Of a stretch of DNA of 64,000 nt, positions 37,151 to 46,848 are shown one piece after another. The translations under genes were made by a program, and so were the position numbers. Within the stretch, counting starts at the first letter, position 1; each line of letters starts with the position of its first letter. The notes below the pieces were generated by a model that was not told the DNA's origin, searched no databases, and saw only the letters and a list, made by a program, of their open reading frames with translations. Source of the DNA: Eubacteriales bacterium (GTDB lineage: Bacteria; Bacillota; Clostridia; Oscillospirales; CAG-272); NCBI GenBank assembly GCA_045538195.1, contig JAZSRA010000107.1, positions 5,904 through 69,903 on the forward strand. Reading direction: 5' to 3'.

Positions 37151-38528
37151 TTTGCTTTTCTCCCTTAAGGTCGGCGACAAGCTCGTTCATTATCTCCTTC
37201 TTGTGGAACGGGAAGATGATGATATGCGCCCGCTGATCTCCCTTTGAATCGATAAAGGTCGCCAGCTGATATTTTTTGCATATATTTTCGTCGGGCTTTC
37301 TTATAACAAAGGTGTTGGAATTTCCAAATCTTTCGTATTCTATCCCGCATTTTTGCAAGGAATCCTCAAAATAAGTAACGTTTTCAGAGTAGTGACCGCT
37401 CTCGCATCTGAGCAGCATTTCACGCGCTCTTTGATAAGTGGAAAACGGCAGATAGTCTCGCGATCCGAGCAGCGTGGAATCCTCCTGACCTATGTAGTCT
37501 ATAACGGGGCGATCACGTCTGGAAAGCGCCAGAAGAACGCCGTTAACTCTCGCAGTACCCATAAATTTGTGCATGCTCACCGCTATCGAGTCAACTCCAA
37601 GCTCGGAAAGATTTTCGACGTAGGGAGCGTTCTCTTGATTTTTCGCGATTCCGCCGAAATGTGCCGCGTCAAGGTGACAGTAATACTCTATTCCCAGCTT
37701 GCGCAGTCCGTCGGTGATCTTTTTGACCTCGTCAACCGCTCCGCGGCAGGTAGTTCCCCAAGTAAGCACCACTATTGCCCCATTTACACCGCTTTCGCGG
37801 TCTTTTTTCACCACTTCAAGCAGTTTTTCGGCAGAAATGCGACCAAATCCATCCACCGCGATCTTTTCGTAAGGGTATCTTTCGCAATTTTCTCCGTCAA
37901 AAACGTACTTTTCAACACTGTAATGGGTATCCTCGGAAAAATAAAGCTTTCCCTTTGGGAAACGGTTAAATCCCTCGCGTATCCCCCAGAAATTGCTCTC
38001 GGTTCCTCCCGAGGTGATATAACCCCAATATTCTCCCTTGGCAACTCCGAAATTCTCCGCCACAAGGGAAATTATCTTCTTTTCGGTGGACTTTGAGTCC
38101 ATACCATAATTGCCCTTTTGATATGGGTCGCCGCAGTTGTTCATAAGGTACATTTTGCTTTCAAGATGACGCAGATAGCTTGTGGTATAGGAATAGTCCT
38201 CCATATTGGCGGGATAGCCGAACATATACTTTCTCTTGCAAAGATTATCTCTGTAGTACTTGTCCACCTTGGCAATATACTCCGAGTCCTCGCGCTCAAA
38301 GGCGCATATCTCCTCGCGGCTAAAGCCCTTTTTCTTCAAGTCGTTATAGTCAAGGATGCGTCCAAGTCTTGCGCGGAGCTTTTCCAGTCTGTCTATCTCG
38401 GCTTCAATGCCCTCCACCAGCTCAAGCAGCTCGATACTTTCGTAATCGTGGAGAGTTTCGTCACTCTCGATTATACAAGCCCTCGCGCCGTCGTATCTCT
38501 CCTGCCACTCGTCAAAATTTTTACTCAT
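37140..38528 (-). CDS. Group II PLP-dependent decarboxylase (histidine-decarboxylase-like) with ~100-aa N-terminal extension
   Basis: FGYPANM, NNCGDPY, TSGGTESN and SMHKFMG (PLP lysine) motifs. Confidence 0.75.
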   Translation of the reverse strand: MSKNFDEWQERYDGARACIIESDETLHDYESIELLELVEGIEAEIDRLEKLRARLGRILDYNDLKKKGFSREEICAFEREDSEYIAKVDKYYRDNLCKRKYMFGYPANMEDYSYTTSYLRHLESKMYLMNNCGDPYQKGNYGMDSKSTEKKIISLVAENFGVAKGEYWGYITSGGTESNFWGIREGFNRFPKGKLYFSEDTHYSVEKYVFDGENCERYPYEKIAVDGFGRISAEKLLEVVKKDRESGVNGAIVVLTWGTTCRGAVDEVKKITDGLRKLGIEYYCHLDAAHFGGIAKNQENAPYVENLSELGVDSIAVSMHKFMGTARVNGVLLALSRRDRPVIDYIGQEDSTLLGSRDYLPFSTYQRAREMLLRCESGHYSENVTYFEDSLQKCGIEYERFGNSNTFVIRKPDENICKKYQLATFIDSKGDQRAHIIIFPFHKKEIMNELVADLKGEKQNEV

Positions 38529-38769
38529 CTTAAAACCTTCATTCCGAAAGAATTTTTTCGTCGCAAAGCCGAATTACGCTCGCAAGCTCACAATTAACCA
38601 TTTTGATTATATCATAAATATTATTCCGTGTCAATGAGCGGCGGTCGATATTTGTCGATTAAAAATTTTGAATTAACAAAACTTAAACATTTCATAAAAA
38701 GGACGCAAACAAGAGACTGCTATAATACCGTCGTAATCAAAAGAAATAATTGAAAAGAGGTAACCATTT

Positions 38770-39147
38770 ATGAATCGCAATGACAAAGAATTTCTCGTAG
38801 AAAAGATCCGCACACAGTACACAGGCACGGTTCACGAAGACGTAGACCGTCTCAAAGAGCTTGACAGTAAGGTAAAGCGTCCCCCCGCGGTCTTCGCATA
38901 TATTTTCGGAAGCGTAAGCGCGGTGATCATGGGCATGGGAATGTCCCTTGTAATGACCGACATCGGCGCGACGGTGAAGGAATACGTAAACATCGGCGAC
39001 CCAATGATAACAGGAATAATCATCGGCGTTATCGGTATGGCTCTCGCTATCGTCAACTACCCTATTTACACCGCTATGCTCTCTTCGCGAAAAAAGAAGT
39101 TCTCGGCAGAGATAATCGCCCTCAGCGAAAAGATCTTAAACAAGTAA
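38770..39147 (+). CDS. Small 2-TM membrane protein, paralog A
   Basis: 125 aa. Shares the pattern IR..Y......L.RLK.LD..V...........MG.GM and a C-terminal basic helix with 39186-39605. Confidence 0.55.
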   Translation: MNRNDKEFLVEKIRTQYTGTVHEDVDRLKELDSKVKRPPAVFAYIFGSVSAVIMGMGMSLVMTDIGATVKEYVNIGDPMITGIIIGVIGMALAIVNYPIYTAMLSSRKKKFSAEIIALSEKILNK

Positions 39148-39185
39148 TATCATAAGAAACCCGACTGCTCGCGCAGTCGGTTTTC

Positions 39186-39605
39186 TTATTCTACCATATC
39201 GTCGGTCAGCTTCAATATCTCGGGAGCGACCTTTTTTCTCATTCTGTTCAGGGTTGCCCGATAGACCGAATACGCCGAGCTTGCAGTCGCTATTCCCACG
39301 ACACCCACGGGAATTCCAATGATCATGCCGACAAGCTCTGAGATAAAGAGCGCCGAGCTGAACTCGGGGACCATACAAAAGCACATTCCCACGCCCATCA
39401 AAAGAGCGCCCACAACGCCTACCGATATTGAATACGCCATAGCTCTGTTGACAACGCTCCTGTCAAGCTTTTTTATCCTTTCAAGACGCTCGTCAAGCTC
39501 GGTCTTGTCCTCGGGAAGATACTTTTCGCGTATTTTTTTGACCTCGCTCATCTGCTTTGCGGAATACGTCAGATTAAAGCCTTCTTTTTTCTCGTTATTA
39601 TCCAT
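39186..39605 (-). CDS. Small 2-TM membrane protein, paralog B
   Basis: 139 aa, convergent paralog of 38770-39147. Confidence 0.55.
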   Translation of the reverse strand: MDNNEKKEGFNLTYSAKQMSEVKKIREKYLPEDKTELDERLERIKKLDRSVVNRAMAYSISVGVVGALLMGVGMCFCMVPEFSSALFISELVGMIIGIPVGVVGIATASSAYSVYRATLNRMRKKVAPEILKLTDDMVE

Positions 39606-39618
39606 ATTTTCTCCAAAT

Positions 39619-40530
39619 TTATTTACTTTCCTCAGACCGACAATTCTCCCTTGCCGCCCTTATTTTCTTCAAGCCCTTTGACGAACGGATTATCATAAAT
39701 ATCGCAAGCCAAAGCACGAACGCCATTACGGCAACACCTGTTGACGCGGTAACTATAAGCGTTGTCCTCTCGTCCATTGAGCCGTCACTGAACGTAGAGA
39801 GCATCGCGCTTTCAAGCGTCATCACAGAAACAACAGCCGACGCAAGATTTATATCCTTTGATGCCGAAAACACGGGACTGTTATATTTGCGGTAGCCGAA
39901 CACGTTCACTATTCCTATCGTAAGCGTCGTAAAGGTGTACGCCGCCATAGTTATTGCTACTATTTCGTTATACTCGGTGGGAAGTCCGTCTATCACCATA
40001 TAGGTAATCATCACCGAAAGCGCCACGTTTAATATCAGCATAACGATACCGCAGGTGCGGTATTTTTTAAATTCTCTTTCGAGCAGTACTCCGTGAGCGT
40101 TTGACCTAACAAATCCCAAAAGGTACATTCGCATAAAGGCGAGCAGCAGATAGTAAGCCGCAAGCGCGTAAAACCATACCGATGAGTGATAAAGCGCAAG
40201 CCCCAACTGAAAGAGCGCGTAGGCTACGTTGAAATAAAAGGAGAAATAAAGAGACACCTTTACTCTGAAATGCGCGTCGTCAAAAGCTCTCTTTATGAGC
40301 TTATTTTCGGTCTTTATCTTTTTAAAAAATCTTATTCCCCATGGGATCCTGAAACAGACCACTGTCAGAGCGTACGCGGAGACCGCATAAGAAATATAGC
40401 TGATGATCCCCTCTCCGTCGGCAAAGGCAAAAGCGTATATCAACAGGACCGCCGCTATGGGTATCAGCGCGATCACGATGGCGAGATGCGGAAAAATCAA
40501 CGCCCATAATACTCGTTTCCGAAAGCTCAT
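39619..40530 (-). CDS. Polytopic membrane protein co-transcribed with the two-component system
   Basis: 303 aa, 6-8 TM. 4-nt overlap with the kinase gene. Confidence 0.55.
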   Translation of the reverse strand: MSFRKRVLWALIFPHLAIVIALIPIAAVLLIYAFAFADGEGIISYISYAVSAYALTVVCFRIPWGIRFFKKIKTENKLIKRAFDDAHFRVKVSLYFSFYFNVAYALFQLGLALYHSSVWFYALAAYYLLLAFMRMYLLGFVRSNAHGVLLEREFKKYRTCGIVMLILNVALSVMITYMVIDGLPTEYNEIVAITMAAYTFTTLTIGIVNVFGYRKYNSPVFSASKDINLASAVVSVMTLESAMLSTFSDGSMDERTTLIVTASTGVAVMAFVLWLAIFMIIRSSKGLKKIRAARENCRSEESK

Positions 40531-41603
40531 ATCCTTTTCGCCACCTTCTTTATTTTTACGGTAAAGGTACTTCCCTCTCCCAGAACACTGTCTACGCTGA
40601 TCTCACCCTGAACTATATCGATTACTCGCTTGACAAGAGCAAGGCCCAGACCGTTGCCCTCGGTAGCTCTTGACGTATCCCCCTGATAAAACTTTTCAAA
40701 CAAATGGGCGCCGACCAAGGCACTAATGCCGCAGCCTGTGTCGGAGACCTTCACAAAAACGTATTTTTCGTCTTCTGTAAGCGAGAGCGAGACCTTACCG
40801 CCAGCCTCGGTAAATTTAAAAGCATTTGAAAGCAGGTTGTTCCAGACCAGGGACAAAAGCTCGTCATCCGCCTTGATCTTTACCTCGTCAGGCAGATCCA
40901 GCTCTATCTCGACGCCCTTCGTCTCCCATACGCCCTCAAACTGCAAAAAGCATTCTCGAAGCTGCTCCGCAAGGTCAAATTCTTCTGCCTTGGGGTATAT
41001 CTGTTGATTTTCAAGCCTGTTGAGCTTCAGAATATTCGTCATCATATCCGAAAGCCTGCGTGTCGCGTCGGAAATTCCCTTGATATATTCGCGCCGTTCT
41101 TCCTCCGTAAGACAGTCGGACTCAAGAAGCTTTGCATAGTTGCTTATGACCGCAAGCGGAGTTTTCATCTCGTGAGACACGTTGGAAATGAAGTCGGTCC
41201 GCAGTGTTTCAATACCCGAAAGCTCCTCGCCAAGCAGATTTACACTTTCGGCAATAGAGTAAAGATCGTTGCCGTCTCTTGACATTTTGGAAAGCCTTAT
41301 TCTTGCGGAAAAATCGCCGTTTTTCATTTTGTCAAGAGCCTTTTGTATCTCTCTTGCGGGACGGTCTACCGTTACCCTTCTTCGGATATAGTCGACGATC
41401 GAAAAAAGGAAAGCTATAAATATAGCGTTAATAAATACCTGCGGTGCCATCTCGCGCATCTGAGCCTCGTTTACGTCAAATCCCGAGAAAAACAGCAAAA
41501 ACGAGCAGGTGATAACAAACGCGACCACGGCAAAAAAGATAACAAAGGAATACATCTGCATCAAGGCAGCCTTGAAAAATCTCCGAAATCTGCGGCTTTT
41601 CAT
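40527..41603 (-). CDS. Sensor histidine kinase (2 TM, HAMP, HisKA, HATPase)
   Basis: H-box FISNVSHEMKTPL, N box LLSNAFKF, G boxes DTGCGI and GNGLGLALV. Confidence 0.9.
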   Translation of the reverse strand: MKSRRFRRFFKAALMQMYSFVIFFAVVAFVITCSFLLFFSGFDVNEAQMREMAPQVFINAIFIAFLFSIVDYIRRRVTVDRPAREIQKALDKMKNGDFSARIRLSKMSRDGNDLYSIAESVNLLGEELSGIETLRTDFISNVSHEMKTPLAVISNYAKLLESDCLTEEERREYIKGISDATRRLSDMMTNILKLNRLENQQIYPKAEEFDLAEQLRECFLQFEGVWETKGVEIELDLPDEVKIKADDELLSLVWNNLLSNAFKFTEAGGKVSLSLTEDEKYVFVKVSDTGCGISALVGAHLFEKFYQGDTSRATEGNGLGLALVKRVIDIVQGEISVDSVLGEGSTFTVKIKKVAKRI

Positions 41604-42271
41604 TTCAGCACCGCCTTATATCCAAGTCCGTGTACCGTGACTATCTCAAAGGAGTCGCAATCTGTCAGCTTTGCTCTTAATTTGGTGATGTAAACGTCGA
41701 CCGCGCGGGGAGCGGTCTCGCTGTCAACGTCCCAGAACTCGTCCATAAGCTGCTGACGGGTAAAGGTTTTTTTCGGATAGGACAAAAGCTTGTATAAGAG
41801 GTTGAATTCCCTTGCGGTCAGAACTATCTCCTCGTCGCGGAGCGTGGCGGAACGCTCGTCGGCATCCATTACGAAGTCGCCTATCTGAAGCCTGCGGCTT
41901 GACGCTATCTTCGCGCGCCTGAGCAGAGCGCCGATACGCAAAAAAAGCTCGTCAAGGTCTATGGGCTTGACCATATAGTCGTCTATTCCCACTCTGTAAC
42001 CTCTCTGCTTGGACGCAAAATCGTCCCTCGCCGTCATAAAGAGTATCGGTATTTTGGTATTTATCTGACGCACCGTGCGGACGAACTCAAAACCGTCGAT
42101 ATCGGGCATCATAACGTCTGATATGATCAGATCGAAAATTTTCTCGTACATAGCGTCGTACGCCTCGGCAGCACCAAGACAACCGACCGCCTCGTATCCG
42201 CTTCCGTTCAAAAATGTGCATACCGTCTTATTCAGCTCTCTGTCGTCTTCAACTACAAGTATCTTAAACAT
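41600..42271 (-). CDS. OmpR-family response regulator
   Basis: 223 aa. Receiver domain (LVVEDD, DLIISDVMMPDIDG) plus winged-helix output (LTAREFNLLYKLL, VHGLGYK). Confidence 0.9.
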   Translation of the reverse strand: MFKILVVEDDRELNKTVCTFLNGSGYEAVGCLGAAEAYDAMYEKIFDLIISDVMMPDIDGFEFVRTVRQINTKIPILFMTARDDFASKQRGYRVGIDDYMVKPIDLDELFLRIGALLRRAKIASSRRLQIGDFVMDADERSATLRDEEIVLTAREFNLLYKLLSYPKKTFTRQQLMDEFWDVDSETAPRAVDVYITKLRAKLTDCDSFEIVTVHGLGYKAVLK

Positions 42272-42438
42272 TTCTTTCCTCCAAACAGACTTTTTCAGCT
42301 TAACGGATATATTTTACCACACAAATGTTAAAGTTTTGTTTATGAATTGCTTATAATCAAAAAAGCATTGTGCCAGCCGTTCGAAATTTTGAGACCAAAA
42401 TACCTTCTCGGCTATTTACGATTAAAAAGTGTCCTTAT

Positions 42439-43674
42439 TTATGATGCCTTTCTGTAGGTCTTGCGATAGGTGGCATAAACAACGATAGCGATCAGTGGGA
42501 AAAGCATACCGACTATCATACCAAGCTTCATGCCGAACTGCTCGGGCGAGAGCTTCAAGCTCTCCGCAAAAGACACAAGCGCCGAGCTTTCAACAGCCGC
42601 GTCGGTAACAACGCCAACCATCTGAGGAACTACCGAAGCGCCAAAATCTCCTCCCGCAGCCATGAGGGCAAAGATAAACACTCCTCCCTGCGGATAGCGG
42701 TCGCTTGCCACGATGAGACTTCCGGGCCACATCATAGAAACGCAGAAGCCTGTCAGAGCGCAAGCGAAAAGCCCTACCACGGGGAAAGGCGAGATCGCCG
42801 CTATAAGATAGCAAAGCGTAGCCCCGATAGCACCCAGGAAAAGGACGCGAGAAATATTCTTACCAAACTTTGCGTAAAGCGATCTTCCAAGTCCCAGCGC
42901 AACGGCAAATATTGCCACGCCGAAAATGTCGCCCCATATCTTGGGGAGCGAGAGCGCTTGCTCAATGTAGCTCGACGCCCACTGCGCCATAGTCACCTCT
43001 GCCGCGCCGCCGAGAAAAATTCCAAGCACGCATAGCCAAACTCCGCCGTTTTTCAAAAATCTGAGCGCTCCCGACGTCCTTTCGGGTGTTTCCATCTTGG
43101 GCAACTTTGCGTTTGACAAAAACACAAGGGCGGCTATCGGCACCGCAATAAATATCACGGGTAACCACCGCCAGTTCTCACGTCCGCAGAAATAAAGAAA
43201 TACGGTGGAGATCACCGCTACCCCCACCACGCCCCATGCATAGATAGAGTGAAGCTTGCTCATCTCGCGGTCAGGGTCATCTGCGGGGAGAGCCGCGATA
43301 ACGGGACTGATCAGCACCTCGCAAAATCCGCTGGAAAGAGAAAACAGAACCGTTCCGATACAAAGTCCCGCGTATACGAAATTCGGGAAGATTATGGGCG
43401 AGAGAGCGTAGATCGCAAGTCCAGCCACGGTCAGCATAGGCGCGCATTTTACCGCGAAGGGAATATTGAATTTATGAGAGAAAAACGAGAAGATCAGGTC
43501 AACGGCAAGCTGAGTGCAGAAATTTATCAGCACCAGGAGACCGAGCAATGAATAAGAAATATCATAAAGCTCGTGAAAGGTCAGAAAAAGCAGTGGGGAG
43601 AGGTTTCCCACCACGCTCATTGAAATATTTGAAGCGTAACAGCCTAATTTTACGCGCAATGTGTTCTTGTCCAT
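42439..43674 (-). CDS. MFS transporter
   Basis: 12-TM profile. ATG 43674 (MDKNTLRVKLG, AAAGGA RBS) preferred over the track start 43764. Confidence 0.75.
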   Translation of the reverse strand: MDKNTLRVKLGCYASNISMSVVGNLSPLLFLTFHELYDISYSLLGLLVLINFCTQLAVDLIFSFFSHKFNIPFAVKCAPMLTVAGLAIYALSPIIFPNFVYAGLCIGTVLFSLSSGFCEVLISPVIAALPADDPDREMSKLHSIYAWGVVGVAVISTVFLYFCGRENWRWLPVIFIAVPIAALVFLSNAKLPKMETPERTSGALRFLKNGGVWLCVLGIFLGGAAEVTMAQWASSYIEQALSLPKIWGDIFGVAIFAVALGLGRSLYAKFGKNISRVLFLGAIGATLCYLIAAISPFPVVGLFACALTGFCVSMMWPGSLIVASDRYPQGGVFIFALMAAGGDFGASVVPQMVGVVTDAAVESSALVSFAESLKLSPEQFGMKLGMIVGMLFPLIAIVVYATYRKTYRKAS

Positions 43675-43925
43675 ATAAAGCGTCCTTTTGGCATAAGAGA
43701 AAATGTCGGCTATCTCAATTTTGACAGCTACCGAGATTATACCACCAAGATATTGCTTTGTCAATCATAAACGGCGATTTTATATTAGGAAAAAGCTTTT
43801 CTTCTTTTGTTTTTTTATAATTTCAGCCTCTTGACGTCAAAATTCTACCTTTTAGTTAAAATCTCTTTACAAAATTCCCGAAAAATGATAAAATAGAGGC
43901 AGAGATCAACGAGGGGAGGGTGGAA

Positions 43926-44375
43926 ATGAAGATTCGCACCGAAATTTCGGACACAGAAGAAATAGTCATTCGTTGCCGAGAGCGAAACGACAAGATCCGC
44001 TCTCTTGAAGCGTCGATCGAGGTGGCTTTGCGCGGAGAGAACGATATCGCGCTCTCGTCCGATGGGATCGAGTTTTTCGTGCCGAAAATAAGCATCCTCT
44101 TTTTTGAAAGCTCGGACGGCAGGGTCTATGCTCACACTCGCGACCGCATCTACACCGCCCCATATAAGCTTTTTGAGCTGGAAGGACTTATGCCGTCAAG
44201 CTTTGTGCGCGTGTCAAAATCGGTCATCGCCAACATCGCGGAAATATCGTATCTTCGCCGTGAGCTTGTGGGCAACGGTGAGATCGGTTTTCGCGGTTGC
44301 GACAAAAGAGTCTATTTTTCAAGAGCTTATTTCAAGCTTTTGCAATACAAAATTGATGAAATGAGGTTAAAATAA
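43926..44375 (+). CDS. LytTR-domain DNA-binding protein
   Basis: C-terminal LytTR pattern (ILFFESSDGRVYAHT...FVRVSKSVIANI). ATG 43926 follows a GGGGAGGG RBS. Confidence 0.8.
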   Translation: MKIRTEISDTEEIVIRCRERNDKIRSLEASIEVALRGENDIALSSDGIEFFVPKISILFFESSDGRVYAHTRDRIYTAPYKLFELEGLMPSSFVRVSKSVIANIAEISYLRRELVGNGEIGFRGCDKRVYFSRAYFKLLQYKIDEMRLK

Positions 44376-45079
44376 TGAAACCGTGGAAGATCTTCTGGGG
44401 AATAGGTTTTCTCCTTGCAGCAGTATTTATCGTTCTTGACGTAACAGGCGTTATCGATCCTTTGGTCGGCTTTATGGGCGAAGTGTCGGTCTTTGCGCTG
44501 ATCCTGGCATTTTTGCTTATCGCTTTTATCATTGCAAGGCTTATTAAGGGCAAGATAGCGTCGATCTTCTTCCCTCTCGCCTTTATATTTATGCTTTTTG
44601 AGAAAAACATTGCAAAGATAGCGGGTGTTGAGGGCGAAAACATAATCGAAAATTGGTCGGTCCTTCTCATAGCGCTTTTCCTCACGATAGGCTTCTCTAT
44701 CCTCTTGTCCTCCAAAAAGAAGAAAAGTAAGCATAAAATAAACGTAGAATATAACGGAGACGGTGCCGAAAGCAATCTCGGAGCATCGGCAATATACGTT
44801 GACTGCGTCACCTTCACCCCCGCGCGCATCGAAAACAATCTCGGCGCATGCTCGGTTCATTTCCAGAACGTCGAAAGCTATAAGGGTGGCGAGACCTTGT
44901 ACGTTGAAAACAATCTCGGTGCTCTGTCTATTCACGTGCCCGAGGGTTGGACGGTAAAGTCCTCTATCGAAACCAATCTTGGCGGTACGGGTGTCGCGAA
45001 TAGCGAGACGCAGGACGGTCCCCTCCTCTACATCAAAGGCGAAAATAATCTCGGCTCAATTTCGGTAAAATACGTCTAA
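44375..45079 (+). CDS. LiaF-like membrane protein with repeated ENNLG beta-strand module
   Basis: 234 aa. 3 TM, then five (E)(N/T)NLG(A/G/S) repeats. 1-nt overlap (TAATG) with the LytTR gene. Confidence 0.65.
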   Translation: MKPWKIFWGIGFLLAAVFIVLDVTGVIDPLVGFMGEVSVFALILAFLLIAFIIARLIKGKIASIFFPLAFIFMLFEKNIAKIAGVEGENIIENWSVLLIALFLTIGFSILLSSKKKKSKHKINVEYNGDGAESNLGASAIYVDCVTFTPARIENNLGACSVHFQNVESYKGGETLYVENNLGALSIHVPEGWTVKSSIETNLGGTGVANSETQDGPLLYIKGENNLGSISVKYV

Positions 45080-45086
45080 AAGTAAT

Positions 45087-45121
45087 GCGTTACACCAAAA
45101 AAGTGTAACGCCTTATTTTTT
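45087..45121 (+). terminator. Intrinsic terminator
   Basis: GCGTTACAC-CAAAAAA-GTGTAACGC followed by CTTATTTTTT. Confidence 0.7.
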
Positions 45122-45231
45122 ATAAGATTTTTTGATAAAATTCAAAAATTTAGCAAGACAATAAATTTTGTCTACATTAACTAAAAAATTGGAATAATTA
45201 TCGGAAATTTTTACGAATTTTTAAAAAACTG

Positions 45232-45260
45232 TTGACTTTGTCAGGCTATATTGTTATAAT
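45232..45260 (+). promoter_or_regulatory. SigA promoter for the GPH/SBP/GH2 operon
   Basis: TTGACT (45232-45237), 17 nt, TATAAT (45255-45260), preceded by an A/T-rich UP-like tract. Confidence 0.55.
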
Positions 45261-45376
45261 ACTATAGTAAGTTAAACACCACAAAAAGACAGTTCGTTCT
45301 CGGTCGATTGCTATCACCTTCTGCACGGCTGTTATTTTTATGAGATTACTTAAATACATTTTGAAAGAGGTACAAG

Positions 45377-46828
45377 ATGAAAAAAACTCCTAAGCTTGAC
45401 GCAAACGGCAAGCGCAAGTTTGGTATTCTTGACAGCATCTCTTATGCAGCCGGTGACTTCGGCTGTAATATGAGCTTTGCTCTCAAGGGTACAATGGCAA
45501 TCTTCTGGACCCAGTTTATGAGAATGGACTCCGTCCTTTACGCAGGACTCCTTATTCTCGTTCAGATCTGGGACGCTATCAACGACCCGCTTATCGGTTC
45601 TATCATAGACCGAGACAAGAGAAAGAACTACAAGAGGGGCAAGTTCCTCGCGTATATTTGGCTCGGTTCCATCGGTCTGCTAGTAGCAGGCGCTCTATGC
45701 TTTATCCCATGGGTACAAAACGCAGACACACTCATTAAAGCTATCGTTTTCGTAGCAGGATATATCCTCTGGGATGCCTTCTACACAATAGCAAACGTTC
45801 CCTACGGTTCTCTGCTCTCCTTGATCTCCAAGGATCCCGCAGACCGCGCATCTCTCTCTGCTTGGCGTTCAGTCGGATCTATGGTAGGAAACATGGTTCC
45901 CATGGTGATCCTTCCTATGATTATTTACGACAGCAATAACAACATTATCGGTGAGCGTGTATTCATAGCTGCTCTCATTATGGGTGTGCTTGGATTTGTC
46001 GCTTTCCAGTTTATGATCCGCACCACTACTATCCGAGTTGAAGAAGATATTACCGTCAGCGAGGAACAGCCCAAGTTTAACGTATTAAAGGCTATGTGGA
46101 ACTTTATGAAGAACCGTCCCGCAGTCGGTGCAACTCTCGGCGCTATGGGTATGTTCATCGGTATGCAGGGCGCAGCTACTGCCGTTACCGTTATGTTCCA
46201 GTCCTACTTTAAAAACGTCGCACTTTCCGGTGTCGTTACAATGTTCGCGATGATACCGATCGTCGCATTTACCCCTCTCGCTCGTAAGCTGGTCGTCAAG
46301 TTCGGTAAGAAGGAGCTTTCGGTTCTCGGATCTATCTGCTCTCTTGCTGCTTGTGCGCTCATGCTCATCCTTCCCATCACCCCCGATGGCAAGGGTCTCA
46401 TCATTTATATTGTATGTATGCTCCTCAACTCTCTGGGAACAGGTATCTATACTACCGTTTCCTGGTCTATGATGGGCGACGCTATCGACTACAACGAGTG
46501 GAAGAACGGCACCCGCGAGGAAGGAACAGTATACTCTCTGCACTCCTTCTTCCGTAAGCTGGCTCAGGGTCTTGGTCCCTCCCTCGCTCTCGTTATCATG
46601 GCGGCTCTCGGTTATTCCGAGATCAACGGAGGAAACCAGCTCTTCTCTGTAGCGCTCAATATGCGCTATCTCGTAGCAGGTCTCTATCTCTTTGCGGCTA
46701 TTATGCAGTTCATCGGTCTTGCTCTTATCTATAACCTTGATAAGAAGACACTTGAGAAGATGAACAAGGAGCTGGCAGAGCGTCATGTAGCAGCAGAAGT
46801 ATCCGCAGATCAGCCTGCGGAGCAGTAA
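45377..46828 (+). CDS. GPH-family glycoside-pentoside-hexuronide:cation symporter
   Basis: 483 aa, 12 TM. DAINDPLIGSIIDR...KRGKF motif of the MelB/LacS/GusB family. Confidence 0.85.
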   Translation: MKKTPKLDANGKRKFGILDSISYAAGDFGCNMSFALKGTMAIFWTQFMRMDSVLYAGLLILVQIWDAINDPLIGSIIDRDKRKNYKRGKFLAYIWLGSIGLLVAGALCFIPWVQNADTLIKAIVFVAGYILWDAFYTIANVPYGSLLSLISKDPADRASLSAWRSVGSMVGNMVPMVILPMIIYDSNNNIIGERVFIAALIMGVLGFVAFQFMIRTTTIRVEEDITVSEEQPKFNVLKAMWNFMKNRPAVGATLGAMGMFIGMQGAATAVTVMFQSYFKNVALSGVVTMFAMIPIVAFTPLARKLVVKFGKKELSVLGSICSLAACALMLILPITPDGKGLIIYIVCMLLNSLGTGIYTTVSWSMMGDAIDYNEWKNGTREEGTVYSLHSFFRKLAQGLGPSLALVIMAALGYSEINGGNQLFSVALNMRYLVAGLYLFAAIMQFIGLALIYNLDKKTLEKMNKELAERHVAAEVSADQPAEQ

Positions 46829-46848
46829 TGGCAAGGAGGTTATTAATT

